From the NCBI RefSeq assembly GCF_009914755.1, contig NC_060927.1: a DNA stretch of 64,000 nt. One strand, written 5' to 3'. The notes under the pieces were generated by a model. That model had not been told where the DNA came from. It saw only the letters and a list, made by a program, of their open reading frames with translations, and did no database searches. Shown here piece after piece: positions 26,464 through 41,434 of this stretch (the stretch's first letter is position 1; each line of letters begins with the position of its first letter). Made by a program: the position numbers and the translations under genes. This DNA comes from the human T2T-CHM13v2.0 reference genome, Homo sapiens.

Positions 26464-27853
26464 TTTACTGAGTTAAATGAAGGTGGCATAATGGTTTTTC
26501 TCTACCAGCGGTGTGATTGAAGAGGGCAGGCAGGCGTCGAGCCTGAAGGAGTGCATTCGTGGTGGGATGTGGAAGGAGAAGCAGATATTACAGACATTTA
26601 GGAGATAGTCATGACTTGTGACCAGTGAGAACACACTGGATGAATGTTTCCCTAAGGTAGATGAACTACAGTGTCTTAGAAAAATATTTGTCTTGTAACA
26701 TAATTGAGAGCACTAAACATTTTGTATTCTCTGTCTCTTAATTGGACACACATTAAGAGTAACAAATATGGGTTTAAAAGGCAAACTTTTTTTTTTTTTA
26801 AGTGGGTATTTTTTTCCTTTTCCTCAACTTGGGTATTTCCTCTCTGAAGAGGGTTTTCAGTGTCTTGGAAGGTAATTTGCACACTATTTGTGAGGCAAGA
26901 CTGCTGAGTTAATGGGGAATATGCTTTACTACTTCTTTTTTGGATCCAATCTAAATACGGAGAAAACTGGCCTCAGAATTGCCCACAGAATGGGGGTTTC
27001 CTTTATGATTCCTGCTTTTGAGTTCTTTGAATTAGCTTCACATTTCTTGTGTGGTTGGATAGACCCTCCTCCCCCTACCACTTTTTTTTTTTTCTATTTG
27101 AAGAGAAAAGATTATTTCCCCCCTAAGTATTCAAGTCTTTTTGTGCCTGAATTAAGGTCGAAGCATTCCATAATTTAAATATAATACCTTTTTGGATGCT
27201 TTATATATTGCATTGTGGAGCCAGTTTTAAACACCTGTTTTGTTATCTTTCTAGCTATAGGAGTGTCCACATCTTCACTTTATTTAAAAAGCTCCCGGGT
27301 ATGTATTAGCAGATTATTATTTCTGTTCCAAATTGATAAGAAGAGGAGGGAGGTGTAGCATCAAGGGAGAAGTCTTTGGGAGTAAAAAAAAGAGTGGAAA
27401 CTTAAATCAAAATATAAGTCCTTTTCTTGCTCTGTCTTCTAGTGAAAATGTTATTCTGTGTTAGAGAAATGACCAGATGAATTGTGTTTCCTGTTTCGTT
27501 TTGCAGTTCTCATTAAAGTGGGTATACGCATACACTTATCTCATGTAAATGTCAAACTGTTTGTTCTTGAAGTGCTGAGTCTTCAACAGTTCTCCTTGGT
27601 TGGATTTTGAACATCATTTCAGAATGTCTTATGCTAGATCCAGCAATGTCAGTTTTTGCCTGCTGCACTGTGGTACCTTGTGAATAAAGCAAGTATAAAT
27701 GGTCCAGATTTATAATGGTTTAAGATTTTTCAACTTTACGATTGTTTCATTGGGACGTAACTCGGTCACAGGTTAAAGAGCATCTGTACTTAGGCAATGC
27801 TAGAACTGAGCTTGTGTTCTGTTGAGGAAGAGTAATCTTTGCAGATAGTATAA

Positions 27854-28195
<342 letters not shown>

Positions 28196-28536
28196 TAGTT
28201 TTTTAAAAACATTAATAAAATATATAAAAAAAAGCATGGCACTATCATCCCATGAGTTAGAAATCAAGATCTAGGATTAAATTGGTTAATTTATTCTTAG
28301 TTAATAGTCACGACAGTTCTTATTCTGTGAGTCAAGCGCTCACCTGTTGAGTGACATAGTTCTTGAATCATATGCCCAAGGAAAAGGACATGTCTAACAT
28401 CTCAGAATTTTAAAACTGTGTGTATTAACAGTGGCTTATATCCTTTTGCACATCAGAATTACCTGGGAACTTAAAAAAAAAGTTTAAAAGTTGATATGTA
28501 GGCTAGTTGTAGGGAAGTGTCACATTGTCTGAGCCC

Positions 28537-28574
28537 AGGGGAATTGTCAGATTGTAGGGGAATTGTCAGATTGT
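28537..28574 (+). repeat. Perfect 19-bp tandem duplication, with a degenerate third copy at about 28511
   Basis: aggggaattgtcagattgt x2. Upstream copy agggaagtgtcacattgt. Confidence 0.9.
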
Positions 28575-28990
28575 AAGGGTTGGGGACTGGGCATGAGTGG
28601 TTTTGAAAAGCTCCCGGGCCATTTGAATATGTAGTGAGGTTGAGAAGCTCTGGTTAACGTAACCCTCAGGACAGCTCAAGAAATTCTTGCACTGTGCTTT
28701 CCCACGTACATTTCAGTGTACAGGCTGTGTACCTGTGGCTGTTTATCAGGTTCATCTTCTTTAGCAAGTTTGGCAGTTTTGTAAAGTGTCTAAAGATCTT
28801 TTATCTTGTATTCTTATACATATTAAGTAAAATCTATGTGGTAGTTGGCTTTACTGAACCTATTAAAATTGCTTTTTAGCTTTGGTTATAAGCTTCTAAG
28901 TAATAAACAAGAACCATCAGACAGAAATATGAGTTACTGCTTTCGGCAGAGTACAGATTTACTTTATACTTACTTAGATGTAAACACAAT

Positions 28991-29048
28991 AGTTCACGTA
29001 TGTTTAACGAAATTCAAAGTTCACCTATGTTTAATGAAATTCAAAGTT
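28991..29048 (+). repeat. 27-bp tandem duplication (25/27 identical)
   Basis: agttcacgtatgtttaacgaaattcaa / agttcacctatgtttaatgaaattcaa. Confidence 0.9.
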
Positions 29049-29104
29049 GATTGGAACAGGTATGATTATGCAGAGTGGACAGACTTTAAAAAGTGAGATG
29101 AGAA

Positions 29105-29403
29105 GGCCAGGCGTGGTGCCTCACGCCTGTAATCAGCACCGTGGGAGGCCAAGGCAGGGGAATCATTTGAGGTCAGGAGTTTGAGACCAGCCAGGCCAAC
29201 ATAGCAAAACCCTGTCTCTACTGAAAATACAAAAATTAGCCAGGTGTGGTGGTGCATGCCTGTAATCCCAGCTACTCGGGAGGCTTGTGGCAGGAGAATT
29301 GCCTAAACCCAGGAGATGGAGGTTGCAGTGAGCTGAGATTGCAACATTGTACTCGAGCCTGGCGACAGAGTGAGACCCTGTCTCCAAACAAAAAAAAAAA
29401 AAA
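29105..29403 (+). mobile_element. AluS
   Basis: TSD aaaaagtgagatgagaa / aaaaagtgaggtgagaa. Confidence 0.9.
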
Positions 29404-29664
29404 AAGTGAGGTGAGAAAATAACCATCTTACAACTTGCCACTTTTCAGAAGCTGATAAGCTGCTGTGAGCCCTGTTTTCGCATGCCTTTATGAAATGATT
29501 GGACTGGGACTTTTGCTTCCCTCTTTGTTCCCTTCCTAATCTAGCTCGAATGGTGTAGGTCCCTAGGAATCATTTTGTTGCTTGACTTGGGTGGGTGGTC
29601 CCTATAGTATATGAATTCAGTATATGACATCTATGTCAGACCCTAAAGATTATCAACAGGTAGT

Positions 29665-29840
29665 CTCGGTTCTCAAAATGTAGCATAAACCAGAATCACC
29701 TGGAGGGCCTGTTAAAACACAGTTGCTGGTTCTACCCCCAGGGTTTCTGATTCAGGTCTGGGGTGGGTGGGGCCAGAAAATTTGTATTTCTGAGATGTTC
29801 AGGGTGTTACTGATGTTCTTGGTTCAGGAGTTCTGAGACT
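29665..29840. mobile_element. MER5A-like hAT-Charlie MITE
   Basis: ggttctcaaa..cagaatcacctggagggcctgttaaaacacag..tctgattcag. Confidence 0.7.
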
Positions 29841-31794
29841 CATGGAGGTGGAGATCGTCGGGGTTGGTGACATTTGTAAGAGAAGGGTATTTACAGAAGT
29901 TGTACCCTTAAATTAAAAAGAAGGCTCTCAGAATTAAGTCTGGTCACCCAATGGACAAAAGGGAAAAAAATTCCATCTAGATGCAGAAAAATAAGAAAAA
30001 TTGACTTAAAAGATTATTATTTATAAGCTCAAAGATAGAATTTTTTTCTTTTTGAAAAATTTTTCCTCCCTTTTCTACAGTTTTAATGAATTGAGGTTTG
30101 AACCCGGGACTCTAATTTTCAAAGGATTTGTTTGTAGTCTTTCAGTTTCCATCTCCTAATTCAGTTGCTAATTTTATTAAGTTCCTAATTTTATTAGGAA
30201 CTTGTTTTTCTTCACTGTGCCTCAGTTTCCCCATAATAAGAATAAATATGATTGCCAGAGATATCGTTAGGTTATTTTAAAGTCTAATGAATAATATTAT
30301 GTAGTATTTGGAGATCATCAAGTTAGGAAACTTATAAAAAATATGAAAAATATTCTAAACATCTAAATAAGGGATGTACTTATTCAAGCAATAAGTACAT
30401 CCCTTTTTCCCAGTCAACTGGGCCACGGTAAAAGAAGCAGCCAATGTGGAGGGTAAAAAAAATAGTGGGCCAATATGGAAGTTGGCTTCATTTTGTAAAG
30501 TACTATACAAAAATGGGAAAATTTTAAAGCATGAAACTGGTGAGAAAGGAAGTGACTCAGAATTCAAAATAGATAGGACTCCACACCAGTAATGATCTGG
30601 AACTGAGGAACATTGCCTACAGAAGAGAGAAGCCATGAGAGACAGTTGAGGTGAGTGAATTGGCTCCATAGTAACATGGAAAATGGAATTACACATTTCT
30701 TTTTTTTCTCACGTGGACAGAGACTATTGTAGCAATTTAGAACTTCGGGCCCTGTTTAAAAAAATCTATTTCAAGCGTCAAATTATTGATTGCCAGACTG
30801 AGTATTATTAGTAATTACAGTTACAGCACTGAGGAGTTTTCTCATAGTGTCTGAGTTCTGCTCCTGTTCAGTGGTTGAGTTCATTGATCATTTTTCTACT
30901 CCTCATTGCACCTGTCATGCTGGTATCAGCAATTAACATTCCTCAGAAGCGAATAGAATGCCAGGCTCCATCTCAGATGTAACTCAAGAACAACAGGTGC
31001 ATTCTACCTATTCTTGGCTATAGACAGAGTAGTTAGAAGGCAAGTAATTAACCATAGAGCAGACTTTGAAGAAAATGAGATTCTTTAGAATTTGAGACAA
31101 AGTGCTGAAAAGTAGCTCTGGATAATGTATTTAGGAGACATAGGAAATGGCTCAACAGGAAGGGTGAAATAGCCTTACCAGTCTGGCCTCTTTAAATTTG
31201 TTTCAAGCCTGTTTCCCTTCACTGATACAAATCTTACTAACTCTGCACCTTCCACAGACCCTTTGTTATGTGCAGCTGTTTTTGTTTGTTTTTATGAAAT
31301 TCACTTGAAACGTCATTGGACTTGAATTTATACAGTAAAAAATCAATTAACTAGATTCTTAAATTTTCTCTTCCACTTTAAATGAAGACACCTAACGGTT
31401 TGAAACCTTCTGGCTCTGAGAAGAGGAAGAGGGTCCCCAGATACAGGTTTCAATTCCTTACCATTTAGTCTGGTTCCATTGATCAGGGGTTCAGTTTTCT
31501 CACCTTAAAATAAGAGGATTAGAACAGATAATTTCTAAAATTATTTTTACCACCCCTTTTCTCTTTTCTTTCTTTAATTCCTGTGGCGTTCTCTGCAGTT
31601 TATATGTCCCTAATTTTTATGAAAATACTTAAAGCTTTACTTAAATAGGTTCAAGTGTGGGCAGATTTCAAGAGCTTAATTATCTAGGATTTTCTACTTG
31701 AAAGTGAGATTTTAAATTATCATTGAGACCTTACTTTAGGTCCTACATAAATTTCTCTAAAATTTTATAAGCATATGTTACTCTTGACTAGTAA

Positions 31795-32193
<399 letters not shown>

Positions 32194-32797
32194 ATGTCGG
32201 GTGCTTTCTCTCACTGGTTGTTAAACTTGGCTGCATGTTTGAATAGCTAGAGATTTTTAAAAAATACTGATGCTTGGGCCTCACCTTCAGAGATTTAGAT
32301 ACAATTATTGGGTCCCAGAATATTTTTAAAGATAGTATTGTCATAAGTATTTAGTTTACGTTGCACTTCAAAAAAAATTGTAGATTTAACTTTTATGTCT
32401 AATATTTAAGGTTTTGAATTATTTGTGAATGAAAAAACTCTAAAACAGAGAAGTGGTACCTTTTCATTTTAGGTGTACTGCCTCAGCTAAAGGATGTGTG
32501 TGTGTCTTGACTCCCCATCCCCCATGCGTACACCTCTTATCTGCTGAGCTAGATGGGATGGCCTTTCTGCTTGTCTCTCATCTATGGGGCATTACACATA
32601 GTTGTCCTTTTCCAGTTGGTTTTTTAGGATTATTTGGTGTCATTTTGTCAAATCTATGCCATTGGTTTTTAAATGCATCATTCTTTTTTTTTAAATGTCT
32701 CTACAAAAGAGATAACACCACCGATTAAGTTGACTTCCTTTTTCAGGAGATGTGAAAATGTGAAAAAGGTACTTGGAATCGGTGAAATATGCTTATA

Positions 32798-32980
32798 ATT
32801 TTTTATTTAAAAAAAGTTTGTGGGTACATAGTAAGTGTATATATTTATGGGGTACCTGAGATGTTTTGATACAGGCATGCAATGTGAAATAAGCACATCA
32901 TCGAGAATGGGGTGTCCATCCGCTCAAGTGTTTATCCTTCAAGTTTCAAATAATCCATAAAATACACTACTCTTTATTTT
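32798..32980 (-). mobile_element. L1MA-type 3' end fragment
   Basis: gggtacatagtaagtgtatatatttatggggtac..gatacaggcatgcaatgtgaaataagcacatc. Confidence 0.75.
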
Positions 32981-33793
32981 TCTCATCTAGGTATTTTTTA
33001 AAAAATAACAAATCTACATAGGTTTTTTTTCTAAGTTTGTGTTTGCATAATCATTTTGTGTGTATGAAAAAATTGAGATAGCTTTCTATTCAATCTCCTT
33101 AGTTGTAGAAATATGACTAATTTGTTTAAACATCATTGCTTCTAAATATGCCCTGGAGGACTTACATACAAGTCATAATCTTGTGATATTCTTTGTTAGT
33201 TTGTCTCATTATGCGGAAAGCCTTATTTATTTTTTGTGTGTGCATATGTATGCATATTTGTGTGTACTCATACAGACACACACACTCTGTATGTGTGAGT
33301 GTATATTTGCCAGTGCTACCACTTCCGTGTGTTCTGCTTTGTCTAACCTTTTGGTAAAGTCTACACTTTGGGTTTTAAATAATTTTAAGGTTTCCATTGT
33401 TCACGTGTTTGCTGTTGTAGCATTATCCTATTAAAAACTACATAACCCAGTTCAGCAATCTAAATGTGCTTCTAACTTTATATGGAAACTATTTAGCTTT
33501 CTTTACTTACCATCTCCCCGACTCCACTCCCCACTCCCCCAACCTCTTTTTTTTTCCTACAGTGTTAACCAAGAGAGATATATTACCTTTGGATCTAGCC
33601 CATCTACCTCTAGATACTTCACTTGCATAATAACTAATTTAAATTTATTCCAGATGTACAAGAAGTATTTGAGATTTGGTAGTTTTAATTTTGGAAATGC
33701 TTTTAAAATGTTATCCTAGATTAGTAGGTGATTTTTCTTCCATGAAAATGTATATTTATTTAAAACCTGCGGTAGCTAATTAAACTTGAAATA

Positions 33794-33989
33794 CCCTAAG
33801 TCCTCATGTAATGTTGTGGATAGGTTCTTGGAAACTGTAAGTGAAACATATAACAGGTCCTTGAGTTGCGTTGTTTCCTTCGATGTGGATTTGTTACAGC
33901 ATTGATGAGGGGAAAAACGGTTATGCGTTATTTCACTCAAAGTTGCAGCTTCCAGGAACCTGTGGATGATGTTATGTGAGGGCTTACTG
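33794..33989. mobile_element. MER6B-like TcMar-Tigger MITE
   Basis: Long degenerate terminal inverted repeats (taagtcctca..ggttcttggaa / ttccaggaacc..tgagggctta) flanked by TA on both sides. Confidence 0.7.
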
Positions 33990-36155
33990 TATTTCTCTGG
34001 TTTTCAGTAAGTTAAAAGGTAGCAGAATCTAATATTTTCATTCTCCCCATCAGTAGAGGAGCTGGTGATATCCACTTGTGGATACTCAGTCCCTGTCTGA
34101 TCACCAGGTTTGATGAATTGGCCGCTCACTTTAGAGGGTCTGTCAGGCTTCTTCATGTTCACAAATGACTGGAAATAAAAAGGAATACCTTTTACATCAC
34201 CAACTCTCTAAGTACCTATATAACATTTCGGTTTGTTTTGGCTGCCAATTCCTCTTCACAAAAATCGCTGGTTTTGCAGCCATAGGTGGCCTCCTGGCTC
34301 TGTGTGGTTTTCTCCCTTTACTGGCTCACTCTTCATGCCCATATTGCTGTAGACCTCTCTTAGAAGCCTCACCCCTTCACTCCCCACTCCTTTTGCATTT
34401 GGGTTTCTGTGTGTATGTATGGGGTACTTAACACCTTCTAAGTAGTAGCGCAGTGCCTGGCAAAATTGTCAGAATCAGGATCAGAATCAGACTGCCTTTG
34501 CTGTGTTTCCACGGGTGTGTTGCATTGCTTCCTGTCCGTTCTCCATCCATTGCCCATTCTCCGTACCCTTCATGTCCTCAACTACTCCCTGTCTTCACCT
34601 CCTGTTTCCTGTTTTTTCTCCTGTTTCTGCCACTCACATTCTCCATGGGAAGGGCTTTTTTTTTTTTTTTTCTTCAAACCTGGTATTTTTGGAGAGAAGG
34701 TTTTGACATTGGGGCTGTCTTTTAAGAGCCCTTCCCCTGATAGCAGAGGGGAACGTGCTCAACTTACAAAGTTTCTGAAAAAAATCACACTTCTTCTTTT
34801 CACGGGACCCCTGTTTGAAATTTGCAACAAATTAAATGCTTAGGAATCCAGGTGCCTAGGAGCCCTGCTATTTCAGCTCTTTCCCCTTAATCATGTTGGT
34901 TTACATGAGGATTGATTTTGGACTCACTGGGCCAGCTACGTGAAATGTGGTATTGTCATTGTCTCTTTGCACAGAACAATTCATTTGCTGCTTGTCGTGA
35001 ATCCATCCTGTGAGGTATTATGATGACATCTGGCATGGCTTCTTTGTTTACTGTGTTTACCGTATGTGTTTAGAAGGAAAAAGGCCTATAGTGACCACTT
35101 TTCTGTGTCGGCCCCTGGGTCAGGTTTTCCATCCTGACTCATGGGTGTCGGGACCGCTGAGATTGGTTGATGGGGTGTGCAGAATTTCCTCTGTCGGGCT
35201 TGGGAGCCAGAAAGCCACGATGAAGTTTGATTTGGCTTGTGGCAGCCTTTTCCAAATGTGAATTTGGATACAGTACAGTAAGCCCTCTAAGAAAAGGAGA
35301 AGAAGAGAAAATAATAACTCTAGAGCTGGGAATATCTGGGGAACATTGAAAAACGGGGAAAGTCTCAAAGATAGTATTCTGTGTCTCCCCTGAGCTGGTG
35401 TTGCTGTAGTGCTCAGAGGCCAGCCTTTTTTTCCAAGCCGAGTGCTCCCTGCACTTGGGAGAAACCACAGAGGCGGCCTCTGTCCTGCATGTGCTGCACG
35501 CTGCCTTGCTCCAGACTGTCTTGAATGTGACCTGGCAGCCAGTGCTGTTTCCTGCTGACGTGGCCTCCCACAACTGAGCAGAACAGAGCCACCTCAGTGT
35601 ACTGAGGAAGGAGCAGGCTGGGGGCATGAATCACCAGCGGGATACGGAACAAATTCAGAGGGGAAAGCGCCTAACTATTCAGGTTTCCTGGTAGATATAC
35701 TTAAAAGACACCTTTCTTATAGGAAGGAAGGAGGAGGAAGAAAAACAGGAGTGAAGAATGCCTCAAGAGTCAAACAGTGATTTGTTTGGCCCTAGGAAGG
35801 ATTTCTTATCAGCAGGAGTTACCTTCTGGGGTAAGCCCCAGTCTGTCTCAGACATCTGAGAGGATGCTTTGAGGAGGCCAGACTGGACTGCAGCCTTCAC
35901 AGCCACACTGTTGCACAGGTTGGTGGCGATGTGAGCTCTTAGCCCTATCCTGCAGACAGGTAGTAAAGAAACAAAAACCTAAACCAAAAGACTAGAGTTT
36001 GTGTCTTGGTGGAAAAAGTTCCCTCAACTTGGTAGGAACTGGAGAAAAGGACTCTGAGAAACTGCTCAGGAGCAAATCCTGTGGCCTAGTTTTCCCTTCA
36101 GTGCTGTCAGCTTCCCGCTTGATGCTCGATAAGCGCTTGTTTCAGCCACTACTGA

Positions 36156-36583
<428 letters not shown>

Positions 36584-39500
36584 ATGGTTTCTTCTAAGAA
36601 GTGATCGTAGAACTTTGTCTTCAGTTACTCCCACCTGAAAGCCCACTGTACAAAACGTGCAGGTGGAGCTGACTGAGGGCAGAGAGGCCGGAGCCCAGCT
36701 GCTCATCTTTCTTTTAGTAGTGGCCCTGGAAACTCTTCCCCTGACCATTCCACACTCCCGCATACTTAATTGAGAAACCACTGATGAAATCTACAACCTT
36801 AATTTTATAGGTGAGGGAATTTTACCTTTGGTAGGGTCACGGTGTTAGGTCATTATGATAACTTTCAAGGTGCCTGGGAATAAAAGTTTTATAACTTTAA
36901 TCTGTCTCCTGCTTTTGAGCCTTCGTGATCTCTCCAGGAGCTGCTGTAATGGCTTCCCACCCTGCGTGGGAACAAGTGGGGTGCTGGTGGGACAAGTCGG
37001 GGGCTGGTGATGTACTCTATGTGTTTGTAGGTCAGAGCTGGAAACCACAGAGAACAGCCCAGGTGGTTTCATTAGTCTAGGTGTGAGGTCACTGGGGGGC
37101 GGCAGTAGGATTGGAGATGGAGGGAAGCTTTGAAAGGAAGAGCCCTTAGCATTTTAAAGTATGGTTAAGTTTTTAAGTTACAGAAACTGGATATGGAAAA
37201 TTACCAAGAGAACTTAGTCAAAGATGATCCTCAAATACCCAGCCAAAGTCATAGGGAGAATGTGGAGACTGTCTGACTTAGAGAGTGGAAAATCTTTCTC
37301 AGTTTTCTTTGTTTAAGCTTCAGTAAGTCCCTCTCGTGGAGGATTCTTCTTTGGAGATAGGAAAGCAGTTTGATTCCCTGATTCTCTTTACAGCTGTGGC
37401 ATCCCAATCTGATTGTTGGATGAGTTTTGGTATATGGTGTAACCCTTAGTTCCTGGTGTGTCAGTTGTCTACACAATTCACTTGCATTTGTTTTCTGGAT
37501 TGTTCAGCCTAGATTATGGAACAGAACCAAGGCAGATTCAGGTCTGTCATACTGACCTCATTCCTGGTTCAGCACTGACTTTCCTGCATAGCCTCAAGTC
37601 TAGTAGGTAGGTGGACTTGTGATTACAAACAGATTTTGGAAATCATTTACATTGGCCAGGTTTTCCAGTGTTTTCCCCTTTCCTGGAAGCCATTTTCTCC
37701 TATTGCTCGCCTCTAACTCAGTCAACAGAAGCCTCTGCCCAGGGCAAACAATTTTGTAAGAAAAGAGAGCAAAATAGGAGTGAATGGAGAGGATGGGATA
37801 TTAAATATGTAATAGGCCTATTTCCATTTTCAGTAAAGTCACTTGATTTCCTTTAAAGAGGCTCTGATTTTCTTGAACCATGCCTTGGTGGAATTAGAAA
37901 GTTACCCACATCATTTATGGTATTTTGTTGTTACTGTTGTAGGCTGGATTTGTACTTGGTCCGGGACTAGAAGGGGAGAAACAGCCTTATCTGTTAATCC
38001 GTTGCAGTGGCAGAAGAGCTGTATATGTAACTATATGCTTTTTTCCTCAACTTTTACTGGAAAAAGAAAAAAAATTGCCCAGAGACTCTTTTTCTAAATG
38101 GTTTTGGTAAATGTATTCTTCAAATACAACTGCGAGTAGGAGGCCATGTCCAGTGGGGGGTGATCATTCTTTTGTGTGATGGTAATGAGATAATTTCTGC
38201 ATTACAGATTTTCAGGAGACTCTTTGTTTAAATGAAACTTCAGAGCCCTCACAAAGCCTCACAAGTCTCTTTGCCTTATTAAAAAAAGTTTTTATTAATC
38301 TCATGTGTTTTGCCATCATCAATTGCATAAACAAATAAAATTGTTTTGAGCAATAGAACTAAGGCTGTCATTTGTTTGGCATCCTGTCCTCTCTCCTTTT
38401 TCTCAAATACAATTTGACAAAATCTGGCTCCGAGTTGCTGTTGTTCCCACCATTAGCCATCGGCTCCAAGTGGCCATTCCCTCTGGTCTTGGATGGAGGC
38501 AAGAGGAAGTGTGCGCAAGACATAGCCAGGCAGGTTGCTGCCTGAAGGCTGGCAGCCGCTTTCACATGGGCTGGCAGGGATCTGCAGCCAGCAAGTGACT
38601 GGCACAGGAATTTCCGTTGCGTTGCAAGAAGGAACCAGGTAGGCCTGAGGGTGTCAAGTTGCTAGCCAAGATCTTCAACGTTTCTTTGTATGTATCCTTT
38701 GCTAATTGAACCTGGAAAACCTAACCATGAAAGGGATCTACAGAGAAAAGTGGCTAGTGCTGAGTTTTGAAGTTTTTTTTTTTTTTTTTCCCCACTGTCT
38801 GCTCTCTAAAGCAACCAGTATTTATTTGGTTAAAAAGCAGCTAATTAATCTGTTTGATCTTGATGTGGAAATGAACCGTATCGAATTCCAGGTCAAATCA
38901 CTTATCCTTGTAGAATGTTTTTTTAACCTTTTGAGGTGTGTTTCATCAGATTACGGACTATCAGAAGTTTACTTGTCCTCAATATTCCGGTCTGCATGGT
39001 GACATGGCTATTGTTCTAATAACAGTGCTTTTAAGTATAAACCTAATTTTGTCTACAAAAAGAAAAGTCACATTTATCAATGGACTGTGAAAAGTTGTAA
39101 GGGGATTGTGTAACTTAATTATACAAGCAGTGTCATATATGATACTATTCTTGAAAAATACCTTGCCATCTGGTCCCATTTATCTGAGATGAGATCTGTT
39201 GTTATTTTTCTTTTTCTCTTCTTAAGTTTCGCTAAGCTGCCAGCAAATATTATTTTCCTTATTTTAAACATGAAGAAACAAAGGTCCAGATAGGCCAACT
39301 AACTTATCCAAAGTAGTGGTAGAGCCAGAACATGAACCCAAGATGGTACCAAAGCTCCTGGTATTTTTTTTTTCAAACTTTTATTTTGAAATAATCATGA
39401 ATTTTTAAGGAGTGGCAAAAAATGTGCAGGGAAGTTCCATGTATCTTTCACTTAGTTTTGCCTCATGGTAACATCTTGCATAACTATATTTTAATATAAA

Positions 39501-39917
39501 AATCAGGAATAGACATGAGTACAGTCCACGGAACTCATTCAGATTTGTAATAATCACTACCATAATTAAAATATGGAGTGGTTCTAGCACCAAAAGGCTC
39601 TCTTGTGCTAGCCCATTATAGCCACTCCCCTTTCTTCCTGCTATCCCTAACTCCTAGTAACCACCCATCTGTTCTCCATCTCTAAATTATTTCAATAGTG
39701 TCATGTAAATGAAATCTCACAGGATATAAGTTTTTGAGATTGGCTGTTTTCTCAGCCTAATTTCTTTGAGATCCATTTGTTTTGTGTATCAATAGCTTAT
39801 TTCTTATATTGCTGAGCAGGATTTCATCATATACATGAATCAGTGTAACCTGTTGAAGGACATTTGATAGTTCTGGCTTTGCTTGAACATGACTTTTAGT
39901 TTTTTGGGATAAATGCC

Positions 39918-40277
39918 TTCTGAGGTCTGAATGTTTGTGTTCCCCCAGAATGCATAGGTTAAAACTTAACCTCCAACGTGATGGTATTAAGAGGTGGGGC
40001 CTTTGGGGGCTGATTTTATCATGAGGACTCAGCCCTTATTAATGGGATTAGTGCCATGATTAAAGAGACCAGAGGGACCTTTTTCACTCCTTCTACCCTG
40101 TGTGGACACATGGAGGGGTGCCATCTATGAGGAACGGGCTTTCACCAGGCATTGAATCTGCTGGTGCCTTGATCTTGGATTTCCCAGTCTCCAGAACCAT
40201 GAGCAATACATTTCTATCATCTCTAAATTACCTTGTCTATGGTAGTCTTGTTACAGCAGCCTGAATGGACTAAGACA
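39918..40277 (+). mobile_element. MLT1A0-like solo LTR
   Basis: ggtctgaatgtttgtg..gaggtggggcctttggg..aatggactaagaca. Degenerate 5-bp TSD atgcc/gtacc. Confidence 0.82.
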
Positions 40278-40912
40278 GTACCCAAGAGTACACTGCTATA
40301 GCCTATTATTATAATTGAATGTTTCGTTTTATAAGAAACTGACAAAATTTTCCAGAGTGGTTGTATTATTTTATGTTTCTATCAGCCATGTACAAGTGAT
40401 CCCGATTCTCTTCATCCTTGTCAGCATTTGGTCTGATGTTTTTAATGGTCACTGTGGCCTTGATTTACATTTCTTCAATGGCTAGTAATCTTGAGCATCT
40501 TTCAATGTGCTTATTTGCCTTCCGTATCTCCTCTTTGATGAAATGTCCTTGTTTTTCACCCATTTTCTAATAGGATTGTTTGAATTTTTTTTTTAACTGC
40601 TGAGTTTTGAGAGTTCATTATATATTCTAGACACAAGGCCTTTTTTGGATATGTAATTTGCAAATACTTTCTTGTCTTTCCCTCCTTTAACAGGTTCTTC
40701 TGCAGGGAAAAAGTTTTTCATTTTGATGACATCCAATTTGACAATTTTTCCTCTTATGGTTTTGGTGTGAAGTCTAAAGACCTTTGTCTACTCCCAGACT
40801 CCAAAGATTTTTTTCCTTTTTGTTTTCCCTACAAGTTTTATAGTTTTACATGGAAGTCTATGATTAATTGTGAGTAAATTTTTGTATAATGTGTGAGGTT
40901 TAGGTTGAAAGG

Positions 40913-40990
40913 CTCTTCTTCTCTTTCTCCTCCTCCTTCCCTCCCCTCTTCCTCTCCCTCCTCCCTTATCTTCCTTTCCCACCTCCTCTA
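40913..40990 (+). repeat. CT-rich polypyrimidine tract (possible H-DNA)
   Basis: About 75 bp almost entirely C/T. Confidence 0.75.
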
Positions 40991-41076
40991 TCAATGTCCA
41001 GTTGCTCTAGCAATATTTTAGAAAATACTGTTTTCCTCCCTTGCATCACTTTTCACCTCTGTTAAAAATCATCTGG

Positions 41077-41434
<358 letters not shown>

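Noticed and set aside
35139-35627. 162-aa minus-strand ORF in a GC-richer region
   Set aside because: Ser/Ala/Thr-rich composition with no family resemblance or splice support. More likely enhancer-type DNA (AP-1 site near 35136) than coding.
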